Shown: in pieces, positions 11,835 to 23,557 of the stretch
Layout of the letters: each line of letters opens with the position of its first letter
Position numbering within the stretch: the first letter of the stretch is position 1
Assembly: GCA_000708835.1 (NCBI GenBank)
Contig: DF237311.1
Location: forward strand, 28,417 to 92,416
DNA from: Klebsormidium nitens
Lineage: Eukaryota > Plantae > Klebsormidiophyceae
Reading direction: 5' to 3'
Length of the DNA stretch: 64,000 nucleotides
Position numbers and translations under genes: made by a program
Notes under the pieces: generated by a model
The model's input: only the letters and a program-made list of their open reading frames with translations
Databases searched by the model: none
Told to the model about the DNA's origin: nothing

Positions 11835-14800
11835 CTAGATCCGGATGCGTACGGGCGGCAGCGCCTTGAACGTGTAGATCTGGCCCCGCTGCCTGTCCTC
11901 CACCATCTTCACCGACTCCACGCGGTCTTTTATCTGGTTCCAGGTCACCGTCTTCAGCTCGTAGGCGCGTGCCTCCCCGTCACTCTCAGCGTCACTCTCC
12001 TCGTCTCTCTCGGCGTCGCTGTCGACGTCCATCTCTCCCTCGACTGGGTAGGGCGTCCAGTCTTCTTCCCCCCCGTCCGGTGCAGGTGGTCCGCATCTTT
12101 TCAGCCACTGGAGGGCTGCCTTCCTTCCCCCACCGGAGCTGACCTTCCGCACGATGGCGTACGCCAAGGACCAGCCCGGCCTCACCGACTTGAGGACCCC
12201 GTACGGGACTCCGTAGCCCCACTGCCCTTCTACACCCTCTTTCCGGACGTCCGCGTCCTCTAACACCTCCACTCGGACGATGTCCCCGACCTGCGAGATT
12301 TGGGCGTCCGAAGGTGAGGCCGAGAATCTACAGTAGTAAATTGCTTGCAAAAAAAAAACGGGCCGACTTGACAGGAAGGCGAAAGGATTTTCGAAGAGCT
12401 TGTCTGCAGCAGGTGGTGGGCTCTGTGAGAATTCAAGGTGTTCTTTACGTAGTGCCAGTCTCTCAAGCTATCGCATAGCCTTAGTGTGCAATCAACACGC
12501 ATCACTTCAAAGATTGGTTAAAAGGACCCCTTATGGAGAGGCTTGAACAACTTTCAGGGTTTTGCTTTCGGATTGCGGACGTTGCAGGAGCTCTTGTCGC
12601 ACCGTCTTCATCGCGGCCGCACGCGAGGTTTTTGTCAAGGTTTCTGCGAGGTTTTTCTCGAGGTTTTGCGCGCGGCCGCGCCCGACCGCTTAAGATGTTT
12701 TGTTTGCACAGCCGCGCGCGAGGCCTTTATTGGGGCCGCGCGCGAGGTTTTGCGCGCGGCCGCACCGACCAAAGGTTTGCGCGCGGCCACGCCCAAGGTA
12801 TTGCTCGCGGCCGCGTCCGCGGTTTTGCGCGGCCGGGCGCGAGGTATTGCTCGCGGCCACGCGCGAGGTTTTGTGCGCGGCCGCGGGCGTGTCCGAAGCA
12901 AATATTCGCAAAACCAGAAGGTTGGGGGGACGTGAAGAATAGAATTTCGGCGCGTCGTGAATGATAATAGAGTGTGCCACTTGTCGCGTTTCCTCCAAGA
13001 TAGGGTCTGCCGTTTTGCTGATGGCAGAGCCTATTCTGATGTCTTATGGTTTCTGGAAAAGAAGACCAAAGTCTCTCGAAGCCTCGGAGTCTGTAAACAA
13101 ACTCAAGACTCCCAGAAATAATAGTCTGTGAACGCAGCTGAACGTCTCCCACGTACATTGAAAGTCTCCAAAAAAAGTTTGTAAAATCTTACCCGGGGTA
13201 AGACCGGCACCCACACGTCGTGCGCCTCGAACCCCAGCCCGCTCGGCGCCACCTCGATCACGTGACTCGCCCCTGTGCAGAGCGTCTCGCCGAGGGCGGG
13301 CACCGGGATGAAGTGCCTCCGCAAGTGGCAAGCCAGCCGGACGCGCTTCTGGCCTGGCTTCAGGGGCTCGAGCATGAGGCAGTTGTGCGGACTGCCACCC
13401 AGGGGAAGCCCCGTCTCCGCGTCGCGCTGGATGCGGAACCGCGAGTATTCCAAGAAGATCCGCCGGGGGCCGTTCTTGGGCTTCGCGGTGAAGAACGACT
13501 CCACCAGGACGTACTCCTCCGACTCGTCCGCAGCTTTCGGGGCCAGCACGGCGTGGTCGCCCGGAGCGAAGTTGTTCTCGCCGAGCTGTAGAGGGTGAGT
13601 GCATCGTGTGTGAGTCGCTGTAAGACTTTTCTGCGAGACGGTTACTTCTTACAGCCTCTGTCAATCATGCTTCATAGAGGCCTACAGTCGCATGTTGCCC
13701 GTGATACTACCAATCGGGTCGATTGTCAGAAAGATTCGCACCATCTGTCGAAGAATATCGATTCAATTTGAAACTTGGTGGATTCCAGAAACTTAGAAAC
13801 ACGCGCTTTCGATCTTGGGGAAAAGACTGTTCCAAACGGGTCGTTCAAGGGCGCGAGGAAAGCCCTCAGCACGTACTTTCGACCGCAGGACTTCGTTCAG
13901 ACTGCAGTATATCTTTTGGCAGGACCCATATAAGGGGGGGAGGTCGCTTATAACCATGCTTGGGCTGAGGGAAGGCTTCTCGGAAACCCGTCTCACCGGA
14001 AAGTAAAATCAGTTTTTCTTGGCTAAAAGCCGTGGATGCGTTGAGTGGGGTCCATAAAGTCTTTTAAAATATCTCGGGCACGCCAGACGCCCGACCGGTT
14101 AGGGAGCTGTGGCGTTAAGTGTTGACCAGACCGGTACTAGTGAGCCAGGGATTGAATGAGACTGAATTGGTGTGAATGCACTCTCTCAGGTCTGAATCCG
14201 AAAGAAATTTCACAATCCGCTCTCGCAAGAAGGTTAGCCGGATTGCATGAAACGATGTTGGAGACGTAACCGTGCCTTTCAAAGCGGCTGATGGCAGAAA
14301 CGGAAAGTCGTCTGATTCCAGAGCTTGCCTGCTTTCTCGCTTCGGACACGTCCTTGCTCCTGAACGGCCTGTTGAGCAATTCAAAGTCTCCGTCAATTAG
14401 CTGAAAGACTGTTTAAAAATGGCAAGTTCTTTGCGGCGCAAAACCTGAATACTCCTTGCCCGCCGGACCGTACGACGATCCACTCGGTAGTACCGCTCCC
14501 CCGTCCTCGCGGCCGCCCGCGCCTCTCCGTCAAAGATGCGCTCGACGGCGACGCGCTGCACGTTCTCCAGTCGCAGGCGCGTCCGCGTTTCCCACTTTTC
14601 CGGCAACTGCCCGACCGCCACACCCTCCTCGCGCACGCGCGCGAGTATCTGCTCGTCCGACGCGCGCGCATCGCGCGGCCGCTCGAGCCCCAGCTGCTCC
14701 ACGTAGGTCGCGGCTTCTGTCTGCGACGCGGCGAAGACGACCCCATCCGACTCGCGCGCGCGCGCGCGCGCCCACACGTCGTCGCCCGCTGACCGTCCGG

Positions 14801-17800
14801 CGGCACGGAGTCGCTCTTCGCGTCGTTTTCGGAGCAGCCACGCAATCCTCACGCAGAAAAGCGCCCGCTTGTGGAGCGTACTCTCGACCTCCTTGCAGTT
14901 GTGCTTGGTGTTGACCAGCTGCTTGATCTTGCGTTCTTGCGCGTAACACCAGTACGCGTCGGGCGGGCCGTGCATGCGCACGTTTGTGGGCATGTGCAGG
15001 CAGGTCTCGTGATCGAGCGGGCGCAGCTTGGGCAGCGCGTACTCCTCCGCGCGGACCAGCTTCGCCTTGAGCAGCTGCTGGAACACGCACGCAAGCTTGC
15101 TCGTCCACCCGCCCCGCGTGCCGACCAAGTACACGAGCGTGTGGATGCACGCCACCAGCTGCACGATCGCGTACCCCTCCGGGTCCTCCGTCGCGACGTC
15201 GGCGAACGCGGTGGCGAAGCAGACCGTCGCCGCCTTCATGTGCTCCTCCGCCTTCCACCACCCCAGCGGCCGCTTCTCCGGGTCTGCCGGCCACCGTCCG
15301 TCGCCGAGCTTCCGGGTGGGTCTGATGCCCGCCAGCCGCTTGCCGAAATCCTCTTTATCGGCCCGGGGAGGTTCTAAACTGAACGTCGTGTCGCCCTGCT
15401 TTGAAGTGACCCCGTTCAGAAAGTCTTGTAACAGGTGCTTCACCATGTTTTCGGGGCCACAGTGCAGGAAGTCGCTGCATATGTCCAGCAACAGGTGCAG
15501 ACCGTACGCCGCCCACAGGATCAATAGCATGCAGAACCCATTGAAGCCCGTCCGCTTGTTGATCCGATTCCGCTCCGCCTTTGACCTCGCCCCTAGGTGC
15601 TCGAGCATTGCGGCCGCGACATCTTCCATCGTCTTCTCTTCGCACCCGTCGCGCGCGAGCCGCCGGCCGTCTTGATAAACCAGCCTCCCGTCGTTGTAGC
15701 GCGTAGCCTGGTGCTTGCAGCTCCGCGAAACCCAGTATCCCCCCAGCTTGAACTTCAACATATCCGCCAGGGCCGGAAGGTCTGAAAACACGCTCGAGAC
15801 TATCATCCGGATCCTAACCGGGCCGTTCTGAGGGGGGAGTTTGGGGCTAATCTCGTTGGGAGGGAGGGCGTAGTTGACCAGGATGCCCTCCTTGAAGAGG
15901 CGCAGGGCGTCCAGCACGAATGCGAGCATGAAGGGGTCGTAACAGTCGGGGCCGGCGACCATCTTCGTCTTTTGGGGCAACATTAACGGCCACAGCCAGT
16001 CCTCCGTCCCCCTGTGCAGATTGCGTTTGGAGACCGTCATTGGAAACACGTCCAGGATGCAGCTGGACTTGCTCGACGTGGTTGCCGTCGGGAACCCGTC
16101 CTGATGCAGCCCCAGCTTCAAGTTCCTCGGGTCCCCCCGTCTCGCCAGGTCTGACAGCGTCGCCGTCATCTCCGTTTTGCAGATGGGGCACAGCGCTTCG
16201 AAGCGCTGCCGTTCGGCGACCCACATCTGGAGGGTCGGCCGGGTGAACCAGGGGGGGCTGAACGTCTTGGCGCAATGCACTTTCCGGCTTCTGCAGCACT
16301 CCGGGCACGTCAGCGGAAGAAGGAAGCTGGACTCGGGGTCGAAGAACGCCGCGTCGTCTCGCCACCGCTCCCCGTCCCAGACTTCCGACTGCGGCTCGAA
16401 AACCCCCCCCTTCGGTTGCCCCAGCCAATGTTCCCGCTGTCCCCAAGCCCCCCGGACCGTCGCGTCTTTGCAGCCTTCCAGCGTGGTGAGCTTCGCGCGC
16501 GCGTGCAGCTCTGGCGATATGTACGGCAGCTCGTACGCGTCCCGCCGCCGGAAGCCGCAGTCCGGGCACTTCTCTTGGTGCACGGGGCAGTCGCGCCACG
16601 CTGGCCTGCGCGGCCCCTCTTCGCATTCGGGACAGGGAGTCGTTCTGCAGTCTTCGGCGCTCGGGGCGAAGAGGTGCCAGTGGCCCTTGTTCTCTCCTGT
16701 TTTGGGGCCCGGGTGCCAGCGCCAGTTCTGTGCTTCGCCCAGCTCACGTGACGACCTTGCCAGGTAGGCAGTTACCTGCACAAGAATGTTTCGAAACTGT
16801 AAGTCTACGTACCGGAAGTCATACCATCGGAAGGCCCGACTTTTCCATGCGATCCCGCGTGAAGGACAAGTTTTTTGGAAGCATAATCTTTTCGTGCACC
16901 AATGTTCCGCTGTTCTGCCGTTCCTTTTGTCTGCCTGCTCGAAAGAAGAACGGAACAGCAGAAAATCGGAACAACGGTGCTTGCGTGCGCACCACCGCTT
17001 CCATGTGCACCCCTCCTCGTGAAAAACTCAAGATCTTTCAGTTGAACGTTTTCAAAATCCAACTCTGCTTTCAAGCCGTCTTAATCAATTTTGAAAAAGA
17101 GCCAATCTCCATTCAGACATTGCGCACACTTCTTTTGAGATGCAAACAACTTGGTAAATCAAAGACTATGATTGTCTCCTTGATCAATCTCACGAGTTGA
17201 CGTCTGGTCAGAAAAGTTGATTGGACGGAGATGTCTCCGAGCACAGAATCTACAGAATATTGCTATGCTTCCCTCTCCTTCAGCCGTGCTTTACGATTCA
17301 ACAACGATCAGATCCCTCAACTTCAACTGCCCGGTTTTGAAAGACGGGGAAAGCTTATAGAGTTAGCGGCTGAGTTACTCGCGAATAACTTACCCACCAT
17401 GGTGCTTATTGGCCAACTATGTGGTGCTTGTTGGCCAACTCTCTAAGCTTCCCCTTCGATCGAGGGGACATTGCGGACTCGACTGAGTTGTTGACTAACT
17501 TTCTAAGCTTCCACCTCCACACATTACTACCAGGGGAAGCTTAGAAGTTAGTCAATAACTTAGTGTTTGAAAAGCCAGCAGGTTGCAAGCTGAGAATTGT
17601 AATGTTTTTGGTCAATTACGTCGCCTTTGGTGGTCAAGTGCAGGGCCCTTGTCAAGCCCCGCGGGACAAGGGTCCGGCCGGGGCTCATCGTCGTGGGGTT
17701 GGATTTACCGGTGAATGTTACCCCCCAACCCCCTTGCTGGAATGAAATTCGGAGAAGGCTCTGCAAATTGTCTTATAAAATTGTCTAATTGTCTTATAGA

Positions 17801-18810
17801 ACTGTCTAATTGGCTAATCGTCAAATATTTGTCTAATTGCACAGCATTTCAATTTCTAATTAGGAACGAAGATGCTGCACGGTTCTCTGAATTCAGATCC
17901 TGCATCCTGACGTACCTAAATGGCAGCAGAAAGGGAGATTAATTCCATCTGACGGAGGTCTCCGCAAACTAGAAGAGAAGAATCTGACCAGGGCCAGGTT
18001 TGTTCAAAGGCCCTCTCGAAGTTAACAGATTGTACTGGACAGCTAGATCGATACATATTCATCTGGCCAGCAGCTTCACAGGAGATTTGGTCAGTTCGGA
18101 CAGCCTACCTGAGCATGCGATTGAGGAAGAGCCAGCCTCGTGATGGTCTCTTTCCACCGAGGGTCGATTGCCGCAGCGAAGGAGTCGCTCGCGCCGATGC
18201 ACGTCTTGAGCAGCTTGTCCATGACTGCGTTGCTGAGAGCACTCTGCTCTCCAATCCTCTGCAGGTCGACGATCGCATCGAGCAGCTTCTCCTCAAGAGC
18301 AGACCCTGGACCACCCGCTTGCCCTGGATCTTCCCCCTGGCCATGCTCGCGGTCATCGTCTACAGCAGGAGCCTCAAAGTCCGGTAACTGGCCAAACCAG
18401 CTGCCAATCCCTGCCCTTTCTGTTCCGTTTCTCCCACCCTCTCTTCGCGCATGCGCTGCTTCAGCTCGTGTCCCTGGCTCTGCACCATCTAGCCCCCCTT
18501 CCCCCTCAAATTCCACGTTACCAGCCAGAAGATTGGCCTGGTTTGCTTCAGAGCGCCCTGCTGGAACTCGAAGCTCTGTCTCTGCGTTTGGGATTTCTCT
18601 CTCCACTAAGGCTCCTGCTGCAGATGTTCGAGCATGTGAACTGACAGCAGCTGCAGGTGCTCTCTCTTTCTCAAGGTGCTTTCTCCTGGTGCGTTCGTTG
18701 ACGTACCGTCCCCCATCCTTGTTCTGTTTGCACAGCGTACATGTGCACCAGATTCTTCCCTCCGAGTCGAATTCCGCTTCGAAATCCACGGGAACCTGTT
18801 TCAGACGCAT
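11835..18810 (-). CDS. En/Spm (CACTA) Tnp2/TnpD-like DDE transposase, predicted exons 18810-18109, 16775-14460, 13585-13193, 12290-11835 (~1290 aa)
   Basis: Exon 1 has GRIWCTCTLC...RTRRKHL (transposase-associated Zn motif) and LLDAIVDL...LPQSHAQ. The 794-aa ORF has LKLGLHQDG, SDLPAL, DFLH..ENMVKHL and HMPTNVRMHGPPDAYWCYAQERKIKQL, matching the Transposase_21/DUF4218 motif order with candidate D-D-E residues intact. All junctions are phase 0. Exon 2 ends at a GC donor (14459) or a GT donor (14444). Exons 3-4 are less certain. Confidence 0.88.
12610..12890. repeat. ~24-bp degenerate tandem array (CGCGGCCGCGCGCGAGGTTTTG) in the predicted transposase intron 3
   Basis: About 10 copies of GCGGCC(G/A)C ... 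(G/A)AGGT(T/A)TTG. Confidence 0.85.
17486..17560. repeat. Imperfect inverted repeat (hairpin) in transposase intron 1
   Basis: Arms AGTTGTTGACTAACTTTCTAAGCTTCC (17486-17512) and GGAAGCTTAGAAGTTAGTCAATAACT (17535-17560); one gap, one mismatch, 22-nt loop. Confidence 0.75.
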
Positions 18811-19708
18811 GCTTACTTTCGAACTATACTGCCGGCATACTGCAAGCGCCTCACTGATTACATGAAGATTCTCATGATCGCGAGCAATTCTCAGTGACAC
18901 CTACAGCTTGAGGACGTCGACTCCATCTCTTCACATTCTTCGATCTGTTTCCCCTCTGCAGGAATCTAGCTCGATCTCTGCTAGCATCACAATCGCTTTT
19001 GCGACTGCACATGCGGTCTCTCACAAAGCAGCAAATGAGCTCTAGATAGTCTCCGAGGGTGCTCAAGCTCATCATGTCGATCAGCCTCGAGGCTGATCAA
19101 AGAGCTCTTTGAACGTACAAAGTCAACCATTTCCTTCATCTTGCCATCTTCACTCTGCAGCAAAACACAAGGAGCACCAGCCGGGGTTCGACGCGAGCAT
19201 CGAAGCTAAGATACAGGTATGCGCAAGTACTTCGCGCCCGTCGATGTTATAACTATCTGCAAAGAATCCCGCCAAATTTGAGGCAGATTCGCGCGTACGG
19301 CTCTGATTTCCAGGCTACAGGTTGACTGTCAAGAACGATCGTCCGATATCTTTGGAAACCTGGTTTTGACACGGAGTTACGCACTTCGGTTCGATAGGAG
19401 ATCGAGGTAGATGACCTGACGGAAATGATGTATATCGTCGAACTTCGTGTCAAAGCGAGCGCACGAAATCCCTGGTGTTCGAACATGCAGACGTCGCGCG
19501 CCTAACGTTAGGTTAACCCTGTTACAGTCAGCGCACAAGCAAAGAACGATGCTGCAGCAAGGAGGCAGCACTAGCAGCAGAGACTTAGATCAGCAGTAGT
19601 AGCAGCAGCAAAAGCCGCTGCAGGTCCGTCTGAGAAGGGGCCAAAGCATCTACAGATCGAAGTCGTTCTGGTTTTTTTTGCATTTTGATCAGCGCTCCAT
19701 AGCTTCGG

Positions 19709-21264
19709 ATGGCGCAGGCTGACGCGAACGAGATGAATGACAGCAGCGCTAACGTGAGCGATATGACCTGCGAGGAGTTTGCGCAAGAGGTTGAAAAGAG
19801 ATTGAAGAGCGATAGATACACGAAATTCATCATCGAGGAAGAGATCAGCGGAGAAGCCTTCCAGGCTGGAGGCGACCCTCTCATTCAAAGCTTCACGGAT
19901 CTAGACAGTGAAAAAAAGATAAAGCAGGGTCACATCGTAATCTTGCAGAAGTACAGACAGTCAAGCTTTGGTACGCAGGGATCCACTGATGAGAGAGTCA
20001 GCGGTGAAGCTGACAAGGGTCCTGCAGATTGCCTGAGCAGGGAGCTGGTGGCTGTGGAAGAGGGGGGTGCTTCTGAGGGGGCAAAAGAGAAAGGAACGGA
20101 GAAGAGGAAGGCAGCGCAAGCGATGAATGAACCTGCGACTGCACAAAACCTGTTCGCGACACTGTGGCAGAGCCATAAGTGGAAGCACGTCATGGGAGGG
20201 AATGGGGTCCGGAGGATGCAGGCAATGCATGCAGACCTTAGTAACCGGATGCACGTGGATCTTGGCCTGGAAGACTATGCCCAGGGCGGGAGCAAGGAGA
20301 ACGAGAATCTGCCAGATGAGCAGCAGGAGCGGCTGGCGTCGATCCACTTGAAGAAGAACGGCAAGGACCGAGAATGGAGGGACCGGATCTACGACGCCAT
20401 CATGGGGGAGGGAGAGAGCGGTGGAATGTTGACGACTCTGGACGGCAAGGTCTTCAGGTGGCCCAAGGGTAAGCTTGAAAGCTTTTAACTCTCGCAGAAA
20501 GTACACTTTTTTTCGAGCCAAACTTTCTTCTCTGTGCAGTACAGCTCAGTACGTAACAGACTCTTGAACTGGAAGGTATCATACAGATCCATCGCTGATA
20601 TCGATAATCCTGGGACATTAGACGCTGTCAGCGTGATCTTTCTCAATCTTGGAAATTATACGATGATATCCTGCTAGCTGTTTTGTGCTTTTCATCTTCG
20701 GATGCATCTGGCCTGCGCATATATATGGACCGTGGAGATTGTCAGTCATTCTTGATTGCAGATTGCTAAGACGAAAAGCACTGTTTATTGTGACAGCGTT
20801 ATCGAGAATTATCACCTTCGTCCTGCTCGGTGCATCTGCAACTTCGTACGCATCCAAGGGCGTCGAATTTTATCAGACGTACACGAACGCCTCTTGCTGG
20901 ATTCGTGACTTCACTGGCTTTGATGTGCAGCCGCTCCAACAGATTTGTCGGGAATTGTTCCGGTCATGAACTGGATTTGACTCACGACTGTAGACTCTGC
21001 GAATCCCAGCATCAGATTCGTTCAGCTCAAAGAAATCGGTCTCCAGCAAATCGCGGAGGATTGCCAAGGGCATCATTCTAATTGCGCTGCATGCATTTCA
21101 GGATCGATCACGTACATATATGCATACTTTCACCTGCAGGGACCTTCAACAGGACGTTTAATTCCATCCTGGACACGATGAGGAAGAAGCTCCTGAAGGC
21201 AGAGAAGTACAAACGCAACCAGCAGAAGAAACTACAGAAGTACCATGCCAACAAGAAGCTCAAG
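19709..21264 (+). CDS. Transposon cargo with an N-terminal SAM-like domain and a basic coiled-coil exon; exons 19709-20468, 21140-21264, 3' end unresolved
   Basis: MTCEEFAQEVEKRLKSDRYTKFIIEEEISGEAF...IKQGHIVILQK fits the SAM pattern (F.e.eI.G..l...GH...il). Phase-1 splice aag g|GTAAGC...ctgcAG|gg acc gives WPKGTFNRTFNSILDTMRKKLLK. It is divergent from the transposase. Confidence 0.55.
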
Positions 21265-23557
21265 GTAGGAGAGCCAATGTTCTTTGGACGGCTGCTTTGG
21301 ATGAAAATCGACAGGCACATTGATATCTTGTTCTTCTGTGCCCCGCCTCGCGTGAATCTCTTGGCATGTCCGAAACACAGGGTCGGCCTTTAGAAACAGA
21401 GGTTAGTGCTAGTGTCGGTCAGCTTTCCGCAGGCTGTTTCTGCACGCTTGGGGCGGCGCTCTCTTCACATCTCAGTTGCGTGCCTCTGGACTCCCTACGT
21501 CTCAAGGCCAGAATCTTCACCCCCTTGTTCCAATCTCAGAATACTCTCAAACTTAAGGGGAACGAGTTCTGAGATTCAAATCCCCCGTCGTCGATGGATC
21601 TGATCAGTGCGGCATGATTCCTAAAGCTTCCTTTCCGAAAAGGCTGGTCAAATATGTTCGAAGGTGATGTAAATCGCACGTCAAAGTGAGAAACTTTGCC
21701 AATTCGTTTCCTCTCCCCCGAGCGTTGAAGTTCTCTGCTCTATCTTCAATTCACCTCTGAAATAACTTGTCGGCTTGATCACATGCCGTTGTTTGAGGAC
21801 CGATTCGCACCCGCTGGCTGTTTCGAGTTTGCAGGGACGTTCCGAAGCTCGCGCTGCGCTCCCGCAAGGAAGCGCCGACGGGTCACACGGCGAAGCTCCC
21901 GCGCAGGTAGGCCCGAAAACGCTGTGTGCGTATACGTTTCTGCGCATACGTTTCGTGTCTCCTAAAAAGTGTGAATACACGAAGTTTTGAAAACCTCTCG
22001 GGACTGTCCGCACAATCCGCTGCACAATCCGCCGCAGAACCTGGGGGTTATTCACATCACGTGACTTGCCAGCGGTAAGGAAAGCATTCAGCGGATTGGT
22101 CTCAGCCGTGCGAGGTGGAAGCAGCCAGAAAGCCTCTCCCGTTTGGAACAGTCTCTGTGTCTCTTACACGTTCACGGCTGCGTGATAGGTTCCGGAACCG
22201 ACGCCCGACGCAGCCGACGATTACGTGGGCCCCGAACAGCAGCTCAACAGACAGGCACGTATTCAATTTTGAGAAAGCCGCAACGCGCGGAATTTGCCCC
22301 GCAGAGAGAGGAAGACTCCGATGGGCTCTCAGTCTGATCCCTTTCGCCTCGGTGCAACGTCGTACTGGAAGCGTCTAAGAAAGCAGTGTTATTTCAAGGC
22401 CTCTTGCTCGAATATAGTGTTGACTCTGCAGATCTGAGCTTTGTCGGCATTGCAATATTACGCGAGTGATTCTGAAGCCTACTCGTGTGCAGGAGAGCGG
22501 TACGCCGTCCAGCGACCCCCCCCGCAGCCCTCGAGGCGAGCCGCGCGCGTCAAATGCGAACCCGGTGAGTGCGGAAGACGGTGAATTTGTGCCCGTTCCT
22601 GGTTTCGCTTTATCAGCAACGCAGGATAGGGAAGACTCGGATCTCCTGTCAGTTGGACTTCTCAAAACTTTCTTCTCGACGCAGCGTTGTACCAGAAGCC
22701 CTTGCGAATGATCTTAAATTCTAAGACCCTCTAGCTGTCCGCATCGAAGATTACACTCTTTGCAGACTTTACTTTCGCATCTGAGGCCTCTGGCCTGTAC
22801 GCTGGGCCGCAATACTGGTGTGAAGCCGCAATACTGGTCTGAAGCCGCTATGTGTGCAGGCGAAGGAGACTGGTGCGGACGGCCCCCCTGGCATCTTGGA
22901 CGACCCTGAGGAGGCGCGCACTGCCATCGCAGCTGTGAGCGAGAATGGACTTTCTGCCCAGTACTTTCCGACCAGTACTTCTGCCCCCGACGCATCGAAA
23001 CAAAAATTTGTTCACCGCATCAGATAACACGAGATTCACAAAGAGTATTTATAGGGTCTTGCCGTTGCGCACCCCTCGTCTTGTGTCGGGTTGAATACAC
23101 GCTTTTGACCGCCTCCACTGCAGGAGAACCAGCCCGCTGACCACCCGACGCCTGCTCCCACGAGCGCCACGAAGAAGGCCCCTGTCAGCGACGCGTCCAA
23201 ACAGCGGTAAGCGCTGCACTCGTTCTGCCAATTGCGCACGCTCTGTTTGATATCTCCCTCGTAGAATCTGCTAATGGCTCATGAGGGTCTGCGAGAAATC
23301 TTACCGATGATACTATATCCGGTCCTTTTCGAAGCCAGACTTTCGCCTTCTTTCCACTCCAGGTTTTTTCAGGCCAGACTGCGCCGCCGATTGATTGCCC
23401 GAGCTGGTTCCTTATTGATAGTTGCGGTTCCTTGCGCTCTTTGTGGTTTTTCGGAAGTTGCAAGATACACAGAACGACAGGCGTTTGCCTAGCGACTCCT
23501 AAGCCCTTTGAAACGGATGGCTGCTCTTTGACCTCTTTCATCTTGTTCTCGCGACAG

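Noticed and set aside
12533-13158. Several 80-143-aa Arg/Ala/Gly-rich ORFs, and a possible CRISPR-like array
   Set aside because: The ORFs are artefacts of a CG-rich tandem array. The repeats are degenerate and abut without unique spacers, there are no cas genes, and the context is eukaryotic.
14393-16767. Many overlapping antisense/alternative-frame ORFs (e.g. 14530-15294, 15028-15675, 15847-16626, 16177-16767)
   Set aside because: Shadows of the GC-rich transposase exon; low-complexity Arg/Ala/Gly composition with no motifs.
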